A DNA stretch of 64,000 bases from Diadema antillarum (lineage: Eukaryota). Below, one piece after another: positions 26,864-38,800 of the stretch. The notes beneath the pieces are model-generated. The model was not told the origin of the DNA and searched no databases. It saw only the letters and a program-made list of their open reading frames with translations. A program made the position numbers and the translations under genes. Numbering within the stretch: the first letter of the stretch is position 1; each line of letters opens with the position of its first letter. The DNA lies in the NCBI RefSeq assembly GCF_040938485.1, contig NW_027271623.1, forward strand, positions 83,756 through 147,755, written 5' to 3'.

Positions 26864-27064
26864 CTGCAGTTGGGGAAGAATGACGAGAATGATACCGTGA
26901 TGAATGAAAATCAAATGTAGAGTTTTCTATGGAGTCTTTTAATAGAAAAGATACAGAGTGTAGTCATATTCACTGGATTTCACAAGCAAAGATTGACATC
27001 TCTGCAATCAAACCAATAATTGATGAAATCACCAAAAGAAGATGAAGTGAAGTGTATTCAGTAC

Positions 27065-27209
27065 CTTGTGGAAGTCATCAAACTGGACTCCGGCCACAGC
27101 ACCCCTGACCCGCGAGGCAATGGCTTTACAGGCGTCTCCCACAAAGTCTGGCACACTGAAGAGTTTGGCAGCAGCCGCTGGGTCCTTCTTGTCAGGCACA
27201 TCAAAGTGC
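27065..27209 (-). CDS. MVP: MVP exon 10 ([48 protein letters not shown])
   Basis: Matches human [48 protein letters not shown]. Acceptor gatgcag|G, donor AAG|gtactg. Confidence 0.9.
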
Positions 27210-28223
27210 CTGCATCATGGAAACATACAAACAGGCTGTCATTTCATATCACATGTGATGATACAGTATATATGCAAATTCTGTGTGTGGTCATCAATTT
27301 TTCTCAAATACAATTTGACAATCACAGTTCTGACCGGACAACATACAAATCTTTGTTTTTCAACTTTTGTTTTTTCATTGGAAATTGTCACTGACCACTT
27401 TTCTACCATATAGCACAAAATTAATCAATGAAAGTGATTAATTGTAAAAATAATCAGGTTTTTATGACTTTCATGACAGAGCACTGTTTTCCATAGGAAA
27501 TGTACACAAAATCACAAAATTGTGCCCGTTTTGGGGCGACATTCCGTTACAAAAATGGGCGTGGCTTCGCAAAAGTATGCGCGGACGTTGCAAATTTGGT
27601 CTCAAAAGTTGCGCGAGACTTGAACAAACAAAGTCGAGAAGCCTCGCGACGAGGCCTTCTAACGTTACAGAATTATAGCGCGAAACGTTGAGGGGGGGGG
27701 GCGGATACCCCGGCCCTTTTAGGGTTAAAGGTGACCAGAGTATCTTAGATTGTCACACACAATTCTTTGATGGTGGATGAAAAAATGGTGGACGACTCCC
27801 ATTTCCCGGGAGCACATTTAAAAGCTTTGACAACTACAGCATAACGAGACACACAAACTTTTTGAAATGCTTGTGGGGACAATATATGGCACCTGTCTAA
27901 GAAAGGATAGATCACCAAGAACAACATCCCTACATACCCCTGTAAAGAAACATTCCTGACACAACAAATATCAAATGGTCTCAATGATTGCCTTTTAAAT
28001 TTCTCCTAATAATAATTGCATAAACTGAAAATATATGATTTCAGGTACTGTGATGGCTTTAATTGTAATTGTTCACACCATTTGAATGATTGATATGGAA
28101 TTGGGAGATCTCTATTATAGAGCTGTATTAACTACCTTCACAGTGCTCCTCACAGAATTTACATCAATGCACCAACCCCTCTCAGAATTTATAACAAGTA
28201 TACATTGGAGAAAAGATTCTCAC

Positions 28224-28421
28224 CAATTGTATGAGAGCTGCAGCTGGAGGCGGGCGTGGTCAGCTGTCTCTATGGTGATGATGTCAGTGCAGAAATCTGG
28301 TCCAAGGAGGAGGCATAGTGCCTTGATAACATTGGGTCTCTTTGGCTTGCCTCCAGACAGACTCAGCTGGGTGAACTGCTCATCTGGTCCAAGCATGACC
28401 AACTCTGGCCCAAAGACAACC
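28224..28421 (-). CDS. MVP: MVP exon 9 ([66 protein letters not shown])
   Basis: Matches human [66 protein letters not shown]. Donor TG|gtgaga. Confidence 0.9.
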
Positions 28422-28797
28422 CTAGAGGGCAGCACAAAGAAGAAATGGCATTTTTCTTTCTTCACTATCATTTTGGCTGACAGTGTGGAGAATGACATAA
28501 CAACTGTAAACATTACGTAACTATGTGCTCCTTCCGTGCAATATCTAATATCTACATGTTTATGTAAAATACAATTTTTGTAATGTCAATATTGCATCAC
28601 AATAGATCTGCATGTTTTGTCCACAACATATTTCTCATCCATATAAATGTTCCAAAAATTATTGTTCAATGTACATGGAAGTTACTGTCTAGGTTGTCTC
28701 AAAAGAGAATGAATAATTCAAGTTCATGAATGTGAGTAAATATGCAGTACCCACTGCAAACTACAAGGATTAGAACCAGCAATGGCTGTTGGTTTGA

Positions 28798-28870
28798 AAC
28801 TTGGTTGTCTAGTGGATAAGATGCCTGTCTGGAGATCAGGAGGTCATAGGTTTGAATCCTGCCCAAGTAC
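28798..28870 (+). tRNA. tRNA-like cloverleaf (tRNA-Arg-derived), probably a pseudo-tRNA or the head of a tRNA-derived SINE, inside MVP intron 8
   Basis: A 6/7-bp acceptor stem (ACTTGG/CCAAGT). D-arm GTCT-AGTGGATA-AGAT resembles the AATGGATAAC D-loop of tRNA-Arg. Anticodon arm CCTGT-CTGGAGA-TCAGG resembles tRNA-Arg CTGACTACGGATCAG. B-box GGTTTGAATCC is present. However, the T-stem is weak, C56 is mutated (TTTGAAT), and the anticodon reads GGA with no long variable arm, so it is not a functional tRNA-Ser. Confidence 0.4.
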
Positions 28871-29034
28871 CGGGGATGTATAATGCCCATGATTTCTTTT
28901 GTCATGGCTACTATTACACTAAAACACTGATCAAATCAGTGCTTATTTATGTCCATGTACGGCAATTTGCAAATCAGTTGCAGGAAAAAAGATAAGTTTA
29001 AAAGTTTGTGACAAAGAGGTTCAAGCATTCTTAC

Positions 29035-29270
29035 CTAGCCTTCTTCTCCTTGTAGTCATAGATCTGTACAGCTGCATTGTGGGGAACTCGGAAGGAGACA
29101 ACACGTGTCTTCTCCCTGGGGCGGGGCTGGCCCCCACCCCTCCTGTCACTCCGGTCTGCAAGGGGGTCCCGGGCACTCTGTAGGAGTTCCTCCACAGCAG
29201 GTGGTAGCTCCTTAGACCACAGCTCCTCATCCTGGTTCAACATGTAGGTCTCTCCAGTGACCGCACGCAC
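29035..29270 (-). CDS. MVP: MVP exon 8 ([40 protein letters not shown]...[24 protein letters not shown])
   Basis: Matches human [40 protein letters not shown]...[24 protein letters not shown]. Donor AG|gtaaga (phase 2). Confidence 0.9.
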
Positions 29271-29848
29271 CTTAGGTCAGAGGTCAAAAGTTACCAATCA
29301 AAACATGTGGACTTCAGGAAGTCACATAATGCATGTGATTTCACAAATGTATTGTCAGAGGAATTACCAATTGCTTACTCACTGGAAATTCCCCAATAAC
29401 CAACAAAACACACACACAAAAAAATCCTACGAAAGCATCGCAAATGAACATACAATCTCCACTGACATTGCATCAAAATACAAATAACTGATTTCCTTTA
29501 TTTTTTTTCAGATTCATGCAATACATTTTCTTTTTTGTTGTTGTTGTTGTCATGCTTAAAATGCTGAAATAAAATCTGCACCATGTTGTCAGTGGTTTAA
29601 TACATGACTTAAAATGTCTAGGCTTTGCCAAATTATGTCAGAAAATAGGTGAAAAAAGCATGTCTTGCTCCACACCAATGAAAGCTTCGTTGTGACCCTC
29701 TGTCATCTGACTAGACAATTTAGCTTTAGGAGAAGCCAGTATTTGTGACTTCAATTTAGCCTACTATGTACTCACAGACATGCTGGCCATATGCTAAAGA
29801 TGTGGGTGTGTTTACACCAAAACTCTAAGTTCTTGATATTTTCCTCAC

Positions 29849-30001
29849 CTTTCCTGTCTTTGTGTCTCGGATGTAAACTCCCTCGTTCTCATCCAGAGGG
29901 ATGGCCTTACGCCTGGTAACAACCTCCACCTTCACAGGGGGCACATACTCACAGGGACCACGGATCATCCACCTGTCTCCGGGGTTACGGACGACGCCCT
30001 C
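29849..30001 (-). CDS. MVP: MVP exon 7 ([51 protein letters not shown])
   Basis: Matches human ...[44 protein letters not shown]. Acceptor tttcacag|GAG, donor AAG|gtgagg. Confidence 0.9.
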
Positions 30002-30963
30002 CTGTGAAATTACAAATTATCAGCCTAGTTATCATCGTTTGTTATGACATAGGAATTGCTCACTTACAAATGAAATATAAAAGCCAATCTTACAGCATAG
30101 GAAAATAAGCAAAAACAAAAGTTATAAGAATGCAATAAGAATTGATGTCAAATGTCCCTGTCTGTAGTATAGTGATGGTCAAATGTCATTATAAATTATG
30201 GTTAATTTCATTCTCCAATCAATCTATTGTACTGTGTGAAAGATCTCCTTACAATACATATCAAAGTAATGGCACATACCAAGTACCATGATATAGGAAT
30301 GTGTTCTGTGTCAATATAATCATGAATCACTTCCACTGAAGTAGAGTGATGTCGGGACAAAACTTGTGAGAGTCAATGAAGTTATATACTCACTGCCTAC
30401 AGAGGGCTAACTATGTACAACATCCGTCATCACAAGGATATGCAAAAGTGCCCTACCCAGTAATGGTGGACTTAGCTTCGTCCGTGTGTGTGCTCTGCGC
30501 ACTAACAAAACTGCACAGGGCGTACTGTGAGTCCGCACTCCTAGGCTGTTAGAATATGCTAGCAAGGAGCACCTTTTACCATGATGGCCCCGGGGGCAAG
30601 CCTGCCGAGCGCCTCCCTCCATACACTCCACACACTGGAGCGTAAGCACTCCAATAGCTACTTATCGTCGCTGGGGCGACAAGACCTGGTATCTACAAAA
30701 TGTCAAATGTTCAGGAGAGCCAATAAACATGGCGGCCAAAGCACTGTATCCAATGGGATAGACATTCCTTTGACATGCCGTGGTGGCTTAATTATTTTGG
30801 GTATGATTGACAGTTCGGATTTTGACAGGACATCCCTTAACCGATTATTTGACCATTAATCCAAAAAAGTCATTTTCACCAAAATTTCAGATACAAGGTC
30901 TTGTCACCCCAGCGACGTTATGCATGTGTGTAACCTGTTAGGTTAGAGTCTAGTGACACTTAC

Positions 30964-31089
30964 AGCATTGACATCTTTGAAGGATTCCTGAGCCCTGAGG
31001 ATGAGTCCCTCATCTTCTCCCAGGATGAATACTGCCTGGATACCCTGCTCTAACCTCTCACCAGGCTGAAGGAAGAAGGACACCTCACC
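30964..31089 (-). CDS. MVP: MVP exon 6 ([42 protein letters not shown])
   Basis: Matches human [36 protein letters not shown]. Donor GCT|gtaagt. Confidence 0.9.
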
Positions 31090-31593
31090 CTGCAGCAGAA
31101 CATAAACATTGACAGCAGTTAAATTGAATCTCATTGAGAGCTATATACATCTCAGTTTGTGACAGATAAGAGGAAAATCGGTCATAATATACTGGCAGCA
31201 GATGAGTAATACACACTGGACATGTAATTAAATATTTTACTTTGGTTATCATACACATACTAAAGTTCATAACTGCCCTTATAAACCACAGCATTATGAG
31301 AAAGTCTTCACAAACTGCTCTAACAAGTCTTTCATGAAAATGAAAGAATATCCCTTAAACGAAGCTTGGTAACATCAATGCAACATTCTGGTAATAAATT
31401 TACTTTTATGCATTTATGGAATGGGTTCATCTGTTCATGATAGAGTGACCTAGAAAATGTTTTTCCCCATAAAGGAAAGTGTATCCTATTACGTTTACAA
31501 TCAGAAGAGACAAATCAAGACTAAGTCCACACAGGAAAGACTTTTATTCATTTGAAAAATATGTTTATCAATGGCAACGACTATCTTTCTTAC

Positions 31594-31704
31594 CTTAACC
31601 AGCTTCTTCTGGCCCAGCTGTGGCTTCCCATCAGGCCCGACGGGGTCCATGATGACACAGTACTGGCGATTGGTCAGAGTGTTGATGTTCACAACTCCAA
31701 TAAC
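31594..31704 (-). CDS. MVP: MVP exon 5 ([37 protein letters not shown])
   Basis: Matches human [37 protein letters not shown]. Donor AAG|gtaaga. Confidence 0.9.
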
Positions 31705-32495
31705 CTATCGGAAGAGGCAATATATGCATACATAATATAAATACATAAATGGTGAATACTGAATGAGTGATTCTGACTGATGCGATATGAGAAGCACATG
31801 GAAATAACAGTGACCTTTTTTTTCTCTCTCTCTCTAAGCTGGTCAAGCACTTGTTTTCAAATTGACGTAATGCATGTAAGCTGGGATGAAATTCATGTTC
31901 AAATGAAAGTTCATCTTAGCTAAACCAGGTGGTCATAACGGAATGTCACCAAAAACTTAAGGTAGCATCCATTTCATTCTTTGTTTTGCTTCGTTTTCAC
32001 ATTGAATGCATCAACAAACTTGTTCTATTACTAGTCATATCATCATGCATTAAGTTTGCTGTCAGGCTGAAGTGCTGGCAAGCACCATTCAAGAGGATGA
32101 AATGATCTGTTATTACATCACAGATGCTAATCTCAGGAAATTTAAATGTCGAAATTCCTTGATCATACAAATTGCCCTTTTTTAGTAAAGCAAAAGGCAA
32201 AACTATGAACTGGCCTACTGTGGAAACTGAAATGACATACTATACTCACTTTTTCAGGTGCCAAATGACAACTATCAAAACTCTCCAAGTGTTAAGAAAA
32301 AAAATGCTGACAGAAAATGGAAACTAAACAAACCATTTTATGATTTTACTGAGATTGAAAAAAGTGAAAGAGTGTCTATGGGTAAGTATCTATGAATCCC
32401 ACAAATGTTGTTATCAGACATAACATGTGATATTAAGGAAAAAAAGGGGGGGGGAGAAATACTTCTACAGTTGTTACACAAGACAAGTTTCTCAC

Positions 32496-32621
32496 CTCTT
32501 CATAGACGTCTGGAATGTGTGCATCAGTGTCTTTCATCGTGATCAGCCATTCCTCACCGTTCTTTCTGGTCACCTTCTTCATGTCCGTAAAGGTGCGTGT
32601 GGCTCTCACATGCAGAGCATT
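32496..32621 (-). CDS. MVP: MVP exon 4 (NALHVRATRTFTDMKKVTRKNGEEWLITMKDTDAHIPDVYEE)
   Basis: Matches human [42 protein letters not shown]. Acceptor gttttcag|AAT, donor GAG|gtgaga. Confidence 0.9.
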
Positions 32622-33595
32622 CTGAAAACAAACAAACAAAAAACCAGTCACATAATCATCATTATTTAGTTCTGATTCACATATGTGTCAGATAATGATG
32701 GTGGCTAGATATCCCTCACAAACAGCAAGCGCTCTCACAGCTTCTCCCCATCTCGCCCAATTCAGGGCATTGTCCTGCTTCAAGCAAACCCTCCCAAGCT
32801 CCCACTCCACCTGTCTCTTCCACTCCTTCTTTGGTCAGCCTTGCTTTCATGGTTCATTCCCTTGAAATACACTTGACTACTTTCCTAAGAACATGATCTT
32901 CATCCTTCTTCAACACATGTGTGTACCACTGTACTCTAATTGCCCCTACAGTGTTCATCAACTTGTTGAGGATGAGGCCCGAGCACACATACTCAAGCAG
33001 GTGTCTATGGGAATGCGTGTTGTAGCAAAATCAGTCCGTCCTCAACAGGTTAACAAGTCTTTCCACGTTGACAACAGGAAGAGTAAGGTGCACAATTCTC
33101 CCCCCTTTTTGAATCACATAATGAGAAAATGGCTTTTATCTATTTCTTTATATTTCACACGCACTGCTTTCTTCACACTTTGGCAGTAATGCATATCTTT
33201 GTCTGAGCATTGTAAATCAAAATCTGTATGAAAGCCTCTTGTAACACGGACACACTTATTTAAGTATCATTCTGCTTCTCAGCTCACAATCACATGATTT
33301 TTATAATATTGCCCCCCCCCCCAAAAAAAAAAAGATTTCTATCATATTGCCTTCAAGAACATGTGCTGCCTGTACCATCATAGAATGAGGTTAATGGTAT
33401 TGATTAGTTAAGGTCTTTTCCACACCAAACTTCCTCTCTAGAACCTTGTTCATTTCCTCTGCTTGGAGGTCACAGGCGGAGGAAGCACGCTAGTAATCAG
33501 CCGCTTGAGCTCTCGGTTCTCTACTTCCTGCTTACAATGATGAAGTAACCAGCCATAGACACTCATCTAACGCTGTTTTATAGCTTTCTGGATAC

Positions 33596-33789
33596 AGTAC
33601 ACTCCCGTTATAACGAGCACGGTTATAACAAAATTCCAGTCATAATGAAGAAAAACTCAGGCCGCAACATTATCCACTCTATGTATTTTTATCCTTTATT
33701 TATTCAGTTTTTTAAAGAAATTTCGATATAACAAAAAAGAATGCCATTCTGAAGGACTTCGTTACAATGGGAGTCCACTGCACTGGTAA
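33596..33789. mobile_element. Tc1/mariner-like MITE family B, copy 2 (short, inside MVP intron 3)
   Basis: TA + CAGTACACTCCCGTTATAACGAG ... CTCGTTACAATGGGAGTCCACTG. This is the same TIR as 2283-2815, and the 3' TIR carries a CAGTG duplication. Confidence 0.5.
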
Positions 33790-33817
33790 TTAGTATGGTC
33801 TAAATACGCTACTAATC

Positions 33818-34165
33818 AATGATTTACCTTCTCTGTCAGAACGTAAGCATTGACCGTGTCGACGACCTCCTCGTAGGCCCCCGGGAGGTAGGCACCAATC
33901 TTCTTGACCTGCCACTCCTCACCAGTCACCCTTGGGTTGCCCTCCCTGTCCTTGGTCTCCTTACGGGCCCGAAGCTTGATGGCCTGGTTGGGTCGGATAA
34001 TGGTTGCTCGGATCGTCTCATCCACAACCACCTCCTTACGAGGGATGTAGGTCCCTGGTCCCTCAAAGAGCCACTCGTCGCCAGCGACGCGCTTCTTGTC
34101 CCCGTCCTCAAAGTCAAGCACAGCTCGCAGTCTGAGGGCACAGTTTGCCTGGACTACTTTCAGAG
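33818..34165 (-). CDS. MVP: MVP exon 3 ([49 protein letters not shown]...[17 protein letters not shown]...YVLTEK)
   Basis: Matches human [62 protein letters not shown]...[36 protein letters not shown]. Confidence 0.9.
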
Positions 34166-34619
34166 CAGTCACAGCCTGCAAGTTTAGGATTCACAGACGG
34201 GAGTATTAGTGGCCTGGCATGAATGGAAGAACTCTGCCTCATAATGACAACAGTATCTATGAGATATTCGACAGCATATAAACTTATCACACTGCCGAAA
34301 TTTTACCCGAGACCATTATGCCACTTGAAATCTTATCTATTCTTCTGTATTTGAGAGAAGCTGTATTTTTAAACTTATTTAGTGTTGCATCTTAATATGT
34401 CTAGAGGAGAAAGTCAACATAAAACACTTCATACAGCAATGAAGGTATTTTGTGAAGGTGATGCTAAAATATCTACACTGGCTGTGCCAGTGCACAATTG
34501 GTTGATATCATCAACTCCAACACTTGACACCATTTGTTCATTCTATCCCTTATTGCTCAATTCAAACCTTTTCATCACTGGACGGATTAAAATTTCTGCA
34601 AGGCATTTATGAGTCTCAC

Positions 34620-34815
34620 CTGTTTCAGGATCTCTCCAGGATAGAGAGGGAAGGGTTCCCGGGCAAGCCTGATCTCCTGGTCAGCATGGCTTAGCTTGAC
34701 CTGACCATTTTCATCCACCATCACCTGACCAGCCTCATTCCTGACGGCAGGGTTCTCCACAATGCAGTAATGCCTGGGAGGCACGGTGATCATCTTCTCA
34801 GGCCCAAAGATGACC
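34620..34815 (-). CDS. MVP: MVP exon 2 ([65 protein letters not shown])
   Basis: Matches human [65 protein letters not shown]. Acceptor tgtcatcag|G, donor CAG|gtgaga. Confidence 0.9.
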
Positions 34816-34834
34816 CTGATGACATAAGTAGTAG

Positions 34835-35260
34835 TACAAGATGATGAAGTGATAGTTACATGTGATGATGTGGTGGTAAGAAATGAAGTAGTCATATGAA
34901 ATAAAGTGGTAGTAAGAGATGATGAAGTGGTAGTAAGAGATGGTGTAGTGGTAGTAAGAGATTATAAGGTAGTAGTAACAGATAGTAAAGTGGTAGAAAG
35001 ACATGATGGAATGGTAGTAAGAAGTGATGGAGTGGTAGTAAGAGATGGAGAAGTGGTAGTAAGAGATGGAGAAGTGGTAGTAAGAGATAGTAAAGTGGTA
35101 GTAAGAGATGGACAAGTGGTAGTAAGAGATGATGGAGTGGTTGGAAGAGATGATGGAGTTGTAGTTAGAGATGGTGAAGTGGAAGGAGAAGACAATGTAA
35201 TGGTAGTAAGAGATGAAGTGGTAGAGAGATGATGAAGTGGTAGAGAGATGATGGAAGTTC
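34835..35260. repeat. 21-bp minisatellite (GTGGTAGTAAGAGATGGAGAA-like units, about 20 copies) in MVP intron 1
   Basis: Period-21 purine-rich tandem array, read directly. The long ORFs on both strands here (VVVRDGE.. / YYHFTIS..) are repeat translations. Confidence 0.8.
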
Positions 35261-35689
35261 AAGATATGATGACATCTCCAGTTCTGTAGCTTGCACATTG
35301 TGAAATGTACATATGTGACAAAATTATGACATTTTGGCATAATATCAAGAGTTTAGAATGGGGAAAAAATCTGCGTAGCTGCAGGCTTGATGTGAGTGGT
35401 AGAAGGATAAACACTTATTCCTCTCTATCTTTATTATGAGAATAAAGCATTTTTGGCTATATCACTATCTTTTGGTGGCACATTCCATGCTACCACATAA
35501 CTCATTTTCATCCCCTTTAAAATCTTAGTTGGTACATCTAGTTTGTCTAACAAATCTATCACATTTTGATAAATATCCAGACATAATGGTTATCTTTCAG
35601 AAGCCATGAGAGATGTCATTTTCTCAAAATGGTAAAACATGTGACTATTGATTCAAAGTATTGACGTTATTGCTTTGGGAATTCCATAC

Positions 35690-35847
35690 CTTTCATGGTC
35701 CTGGCGGATGTAGGTCTTGGGACCCACAACGACCTTGGTGACGTTGTCATTGTGGTCCAAGACATGAATGTAGTAGTAGGGTGGGATGCGGAAGATGGAC
35801 TCCTCCTGGCTCCCTCGCTTGGCAGAACTCATGATGGCTGAGGTCAA
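35690..35847 (-). CDS. MVP: MVP exon 1 (coding part): [52 protein letters not shown].. ATG at 35845-35847, with an alternative second ATG at 35830-35832.
   Basis: Matches the human N-terminus [42 protein letters not shown]. An in-frame TGA lies 18 nt upstream of the first ATG. Donor AAAG|gtatgg (phase 2). An acceptor-like cccctgcag sits about 47 nt upstream of the ATG, so an upstream non-coding exon is likely. Confidence 0.8.
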
Positions 35848-38800
35848 AGGTCACTTGCTTCAAGGAAAGAATGAGATGTGGTCTGCAGGGGAGGAGAGCA
35901 CATCGTTTACACTTATTACAGTTATTGAAAACACAAACTCCTATGGTATCTCTATGTGTCAAACTGAGAGAAGCTAATAGGACATTTAAAGGAACCTAGC
36001 TTGCAATGTCACTTTCTATTATATCAATGGGCAGAAGATGGTGTAATATATCTTTGGCCAACAAAGCACTAACACACACACACACTAAAAAAACAAAAAA
36101 CAAACACACACACACAAGCTGACATATAGGCCTTATGAAGACATGTTGCATGTTTCCACGTAAATTGAGACGCTGTATACTGATGATCAAGTTAATCATT
36201 GACCAATGACAGGGAACAGAGTCGTCTCTACTCCACACCCTCTATTTGGTGGACTCAACATGCAATGTGCTAATACAGAGCCTGTATACAGACAAAGCAG
36301 TGTTGGACAGACAACTCACCTACAAATGTATACAATGATTTGCCATTTACCTTCAGATCAAAGAATCTCATCATTGTTCATTTCTATGATATAATAAATT
36401 TCTCATATACACCAACTTCACACTTCTGTCATATTATGGTATTAATGATAAGGCTAAAACACTGGTTTAACAAAGCTTGTATAACATGTCTTGTTACTCA
36501 TTTTACTCATCTTGATATCATGTAATCAAATGAGAGGATGTTTGCTTTGTGTCTGAAAGGTACACAAACCAACCATGTCTTAAGCTACAATGTATGTTTG
36601 TGTATCATGATATCAATCAGTTTTTATATCATCCGTCTGCAGATGGATTTTATCTCACCAACCATTAAAAGAGCTGCTGAGGTCAAAGAGCAGAGGTGTG
36701 ATATTTTGTGGCCTATCATTCTTGGGAGTGGGCCAGGAGAGCTTGTGGGGTGTAACCAGCTGTAATATTTTTAAGCTGTAAATCATGCAATCTCGTACAA
36801 ATACAATATTCTGACATATTGTGGTAAAAGAAAGATTGCTCCTGATAGTATACAGTAATGGGACTTTTGGTGTCAGTTGGATATATAATATCCTTTTTTT
36901 TGGGGGGGGGGAGGGGAGGGTGGAGTTGTTTTTTAATAAGGCACAAGAAAATGCTTGTCAGGCATGTGAGCATGACAAGACCCCTGAGAACAATGTAGGC
37001 CATCAGTCTTTGTATGAAATGCTGACATTGTTATAAGGAGGCGGTCCTGAAGAAGTTAAACTGCTTTGTGAAGGTGCACAGCACAGTGCAGTGTGATGAG
37101 GAGACATGTCACTGTCAGACAACAACTGCACCCAGGGGGTTTGAACTGGGCCTGCACACAATATTGTAATTGACAGTTGCTTTTTGAGCTGCAGCACTGC
37201 AACAACTGACTGTGGAAAGGGTATCACAGTTCAATGTGACACACTTCTTGCTGAAAATCAATCTTCTCACTTCTGTCTGCTAGCTGACAACTATGCACTA
37301 CAGAAAGATAATTCTTCTTAGAAATCTCTGCAGTAAGGTCTGAACTAACTAGTGTAAGCCCAATATCATGAACACCCCCCCCCCCCACACACACACACAC
37401 ACTCACCTGCACACATCATGCACATATACACAGAGATTCCACAAGGTACAGTGTTAGAAGTAAATTTTAGTACAGTGCTCAGCAAACCGCAGTAAGTTTT
37501 GAAGCAGGAAGTCCTCTTAAAGAATTGGATCGGATCAGATGCAGAATAAAAGAGAATTAGTGTTCAAAGCAATGTGATGCAATGAAAAAAAGGCAAGAAA
37601 ACTAGCCATGGAGAAAAGAGAAAGAGAGAATGACAGAGAGAGATAATACAACTAAGATGACATCAACTGGTTTGAGGCTGAGAGATAGAAGGTGAAATCT
37701 ATCTAGGCACCTCATCCTGTTTACCACTGGATTATCTCCAGATGATTCATGCAGCTAGGACTCATATTCACCAGTGTACTTTAAAGATTTAAAGGGTGGG
37801 TGCAGGGGAGTGGTGAATACAGAGAGCACAGATTCCATCTCTCCCATTTTGAAGTAACTTCTGCTATATTTCTCTCACACCCCCCCCCCCCTACTTAAAA
37901 TTTGAATTTCTCCCACCCTAGATGTGAGTCTCCTGCTTAACACACATTTTCTACTACCACAGTGTATGAACATTTAGCTTTCTCCGGCCACATTTAGCTT
38001 CTTCAAAGATACAACTCTTTATAAAAAAAGTTCAGATAGCACTAGAGAGAGAGAGGATCCATAACCCAGAGCTTCAAGTAATTTTGAATCTGAAAAATAG
38101 AGGTTTTTTTTTTATTAGCCAACTGAAATACAGCATTTAACTAGGCATGCAAGGCAGTGACTTACAAGTTGTACATGAGAGTTTCCTTGCCTTATCACAG
38201 GCTGAAATTCATAAAGAGATCTGCAGATATAGTCATTTACAAGACAGACTCTATCAGTTACACACTGGATTGCTGAATACCTACTGCACTTACTGTGACA
38301 GTTGGTCTCGGACAATGTATTTTTATGTCCAGTTGTAATTGAAGTTGGCCCATTGAACCTATTGAAATGTACGCTATGGTCTTTGTACTTCCAGTTTCAT
38401 AAATATAAGCACAGCATTATGAATATTCACTGAGTAATGTAGGCATGAACACAACAGTTTAACAAAGAATATAATGCTATGTAGGTTCATTTGTGTTTCT
38501 TCTACTGCACTTATAAAACTACCAGCATTTATTGTCATAAATCGAAGTGTGTAATGTAACTGGATATGTGCACATTGTACTATAAACTCAGTAAGCCCAC
38601 TCTTAAAATCGAGACTATCGATACATTAGCCATTTGATGACTCACACACCAACAGCTGATATGATTTCATGATGTCAGGACTGCAGCTTTTCCTGCAATC
38701 AAATCCTGTACATATTTTTGTGAAAATACCTTGAGGAAGGGGTCTATACATCTGTACCCTGACACATAATGCCATTTCGAACTACACTGTATTGCCTGTT

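Noticed and set aside
27020-27413. Plus-strand ORFs 27020-27394 and 27066-27413
   Set aside because: Antisense to MVP exon 10 and the adjacent intron.
33819-34187. Plus-strand 122-aa ORF 33819-34187 and minus-strand 33926-34141
   Set aside because: Antisense or alternate frame of MVP exon 3.
34798-35340. Minus-strand 180-aa ORF 34798-35340 (YYHF..ISYYH..), plus-strand 108-aa ORF 34906-35232 (VVVRDGEVVVRD..) and minus-strand ORF 34962-35195
   Set aside because: These are translations of the 21-bp minisatellite in MVP intron 1: periodic sequence, no start context, overlapping on both strands.
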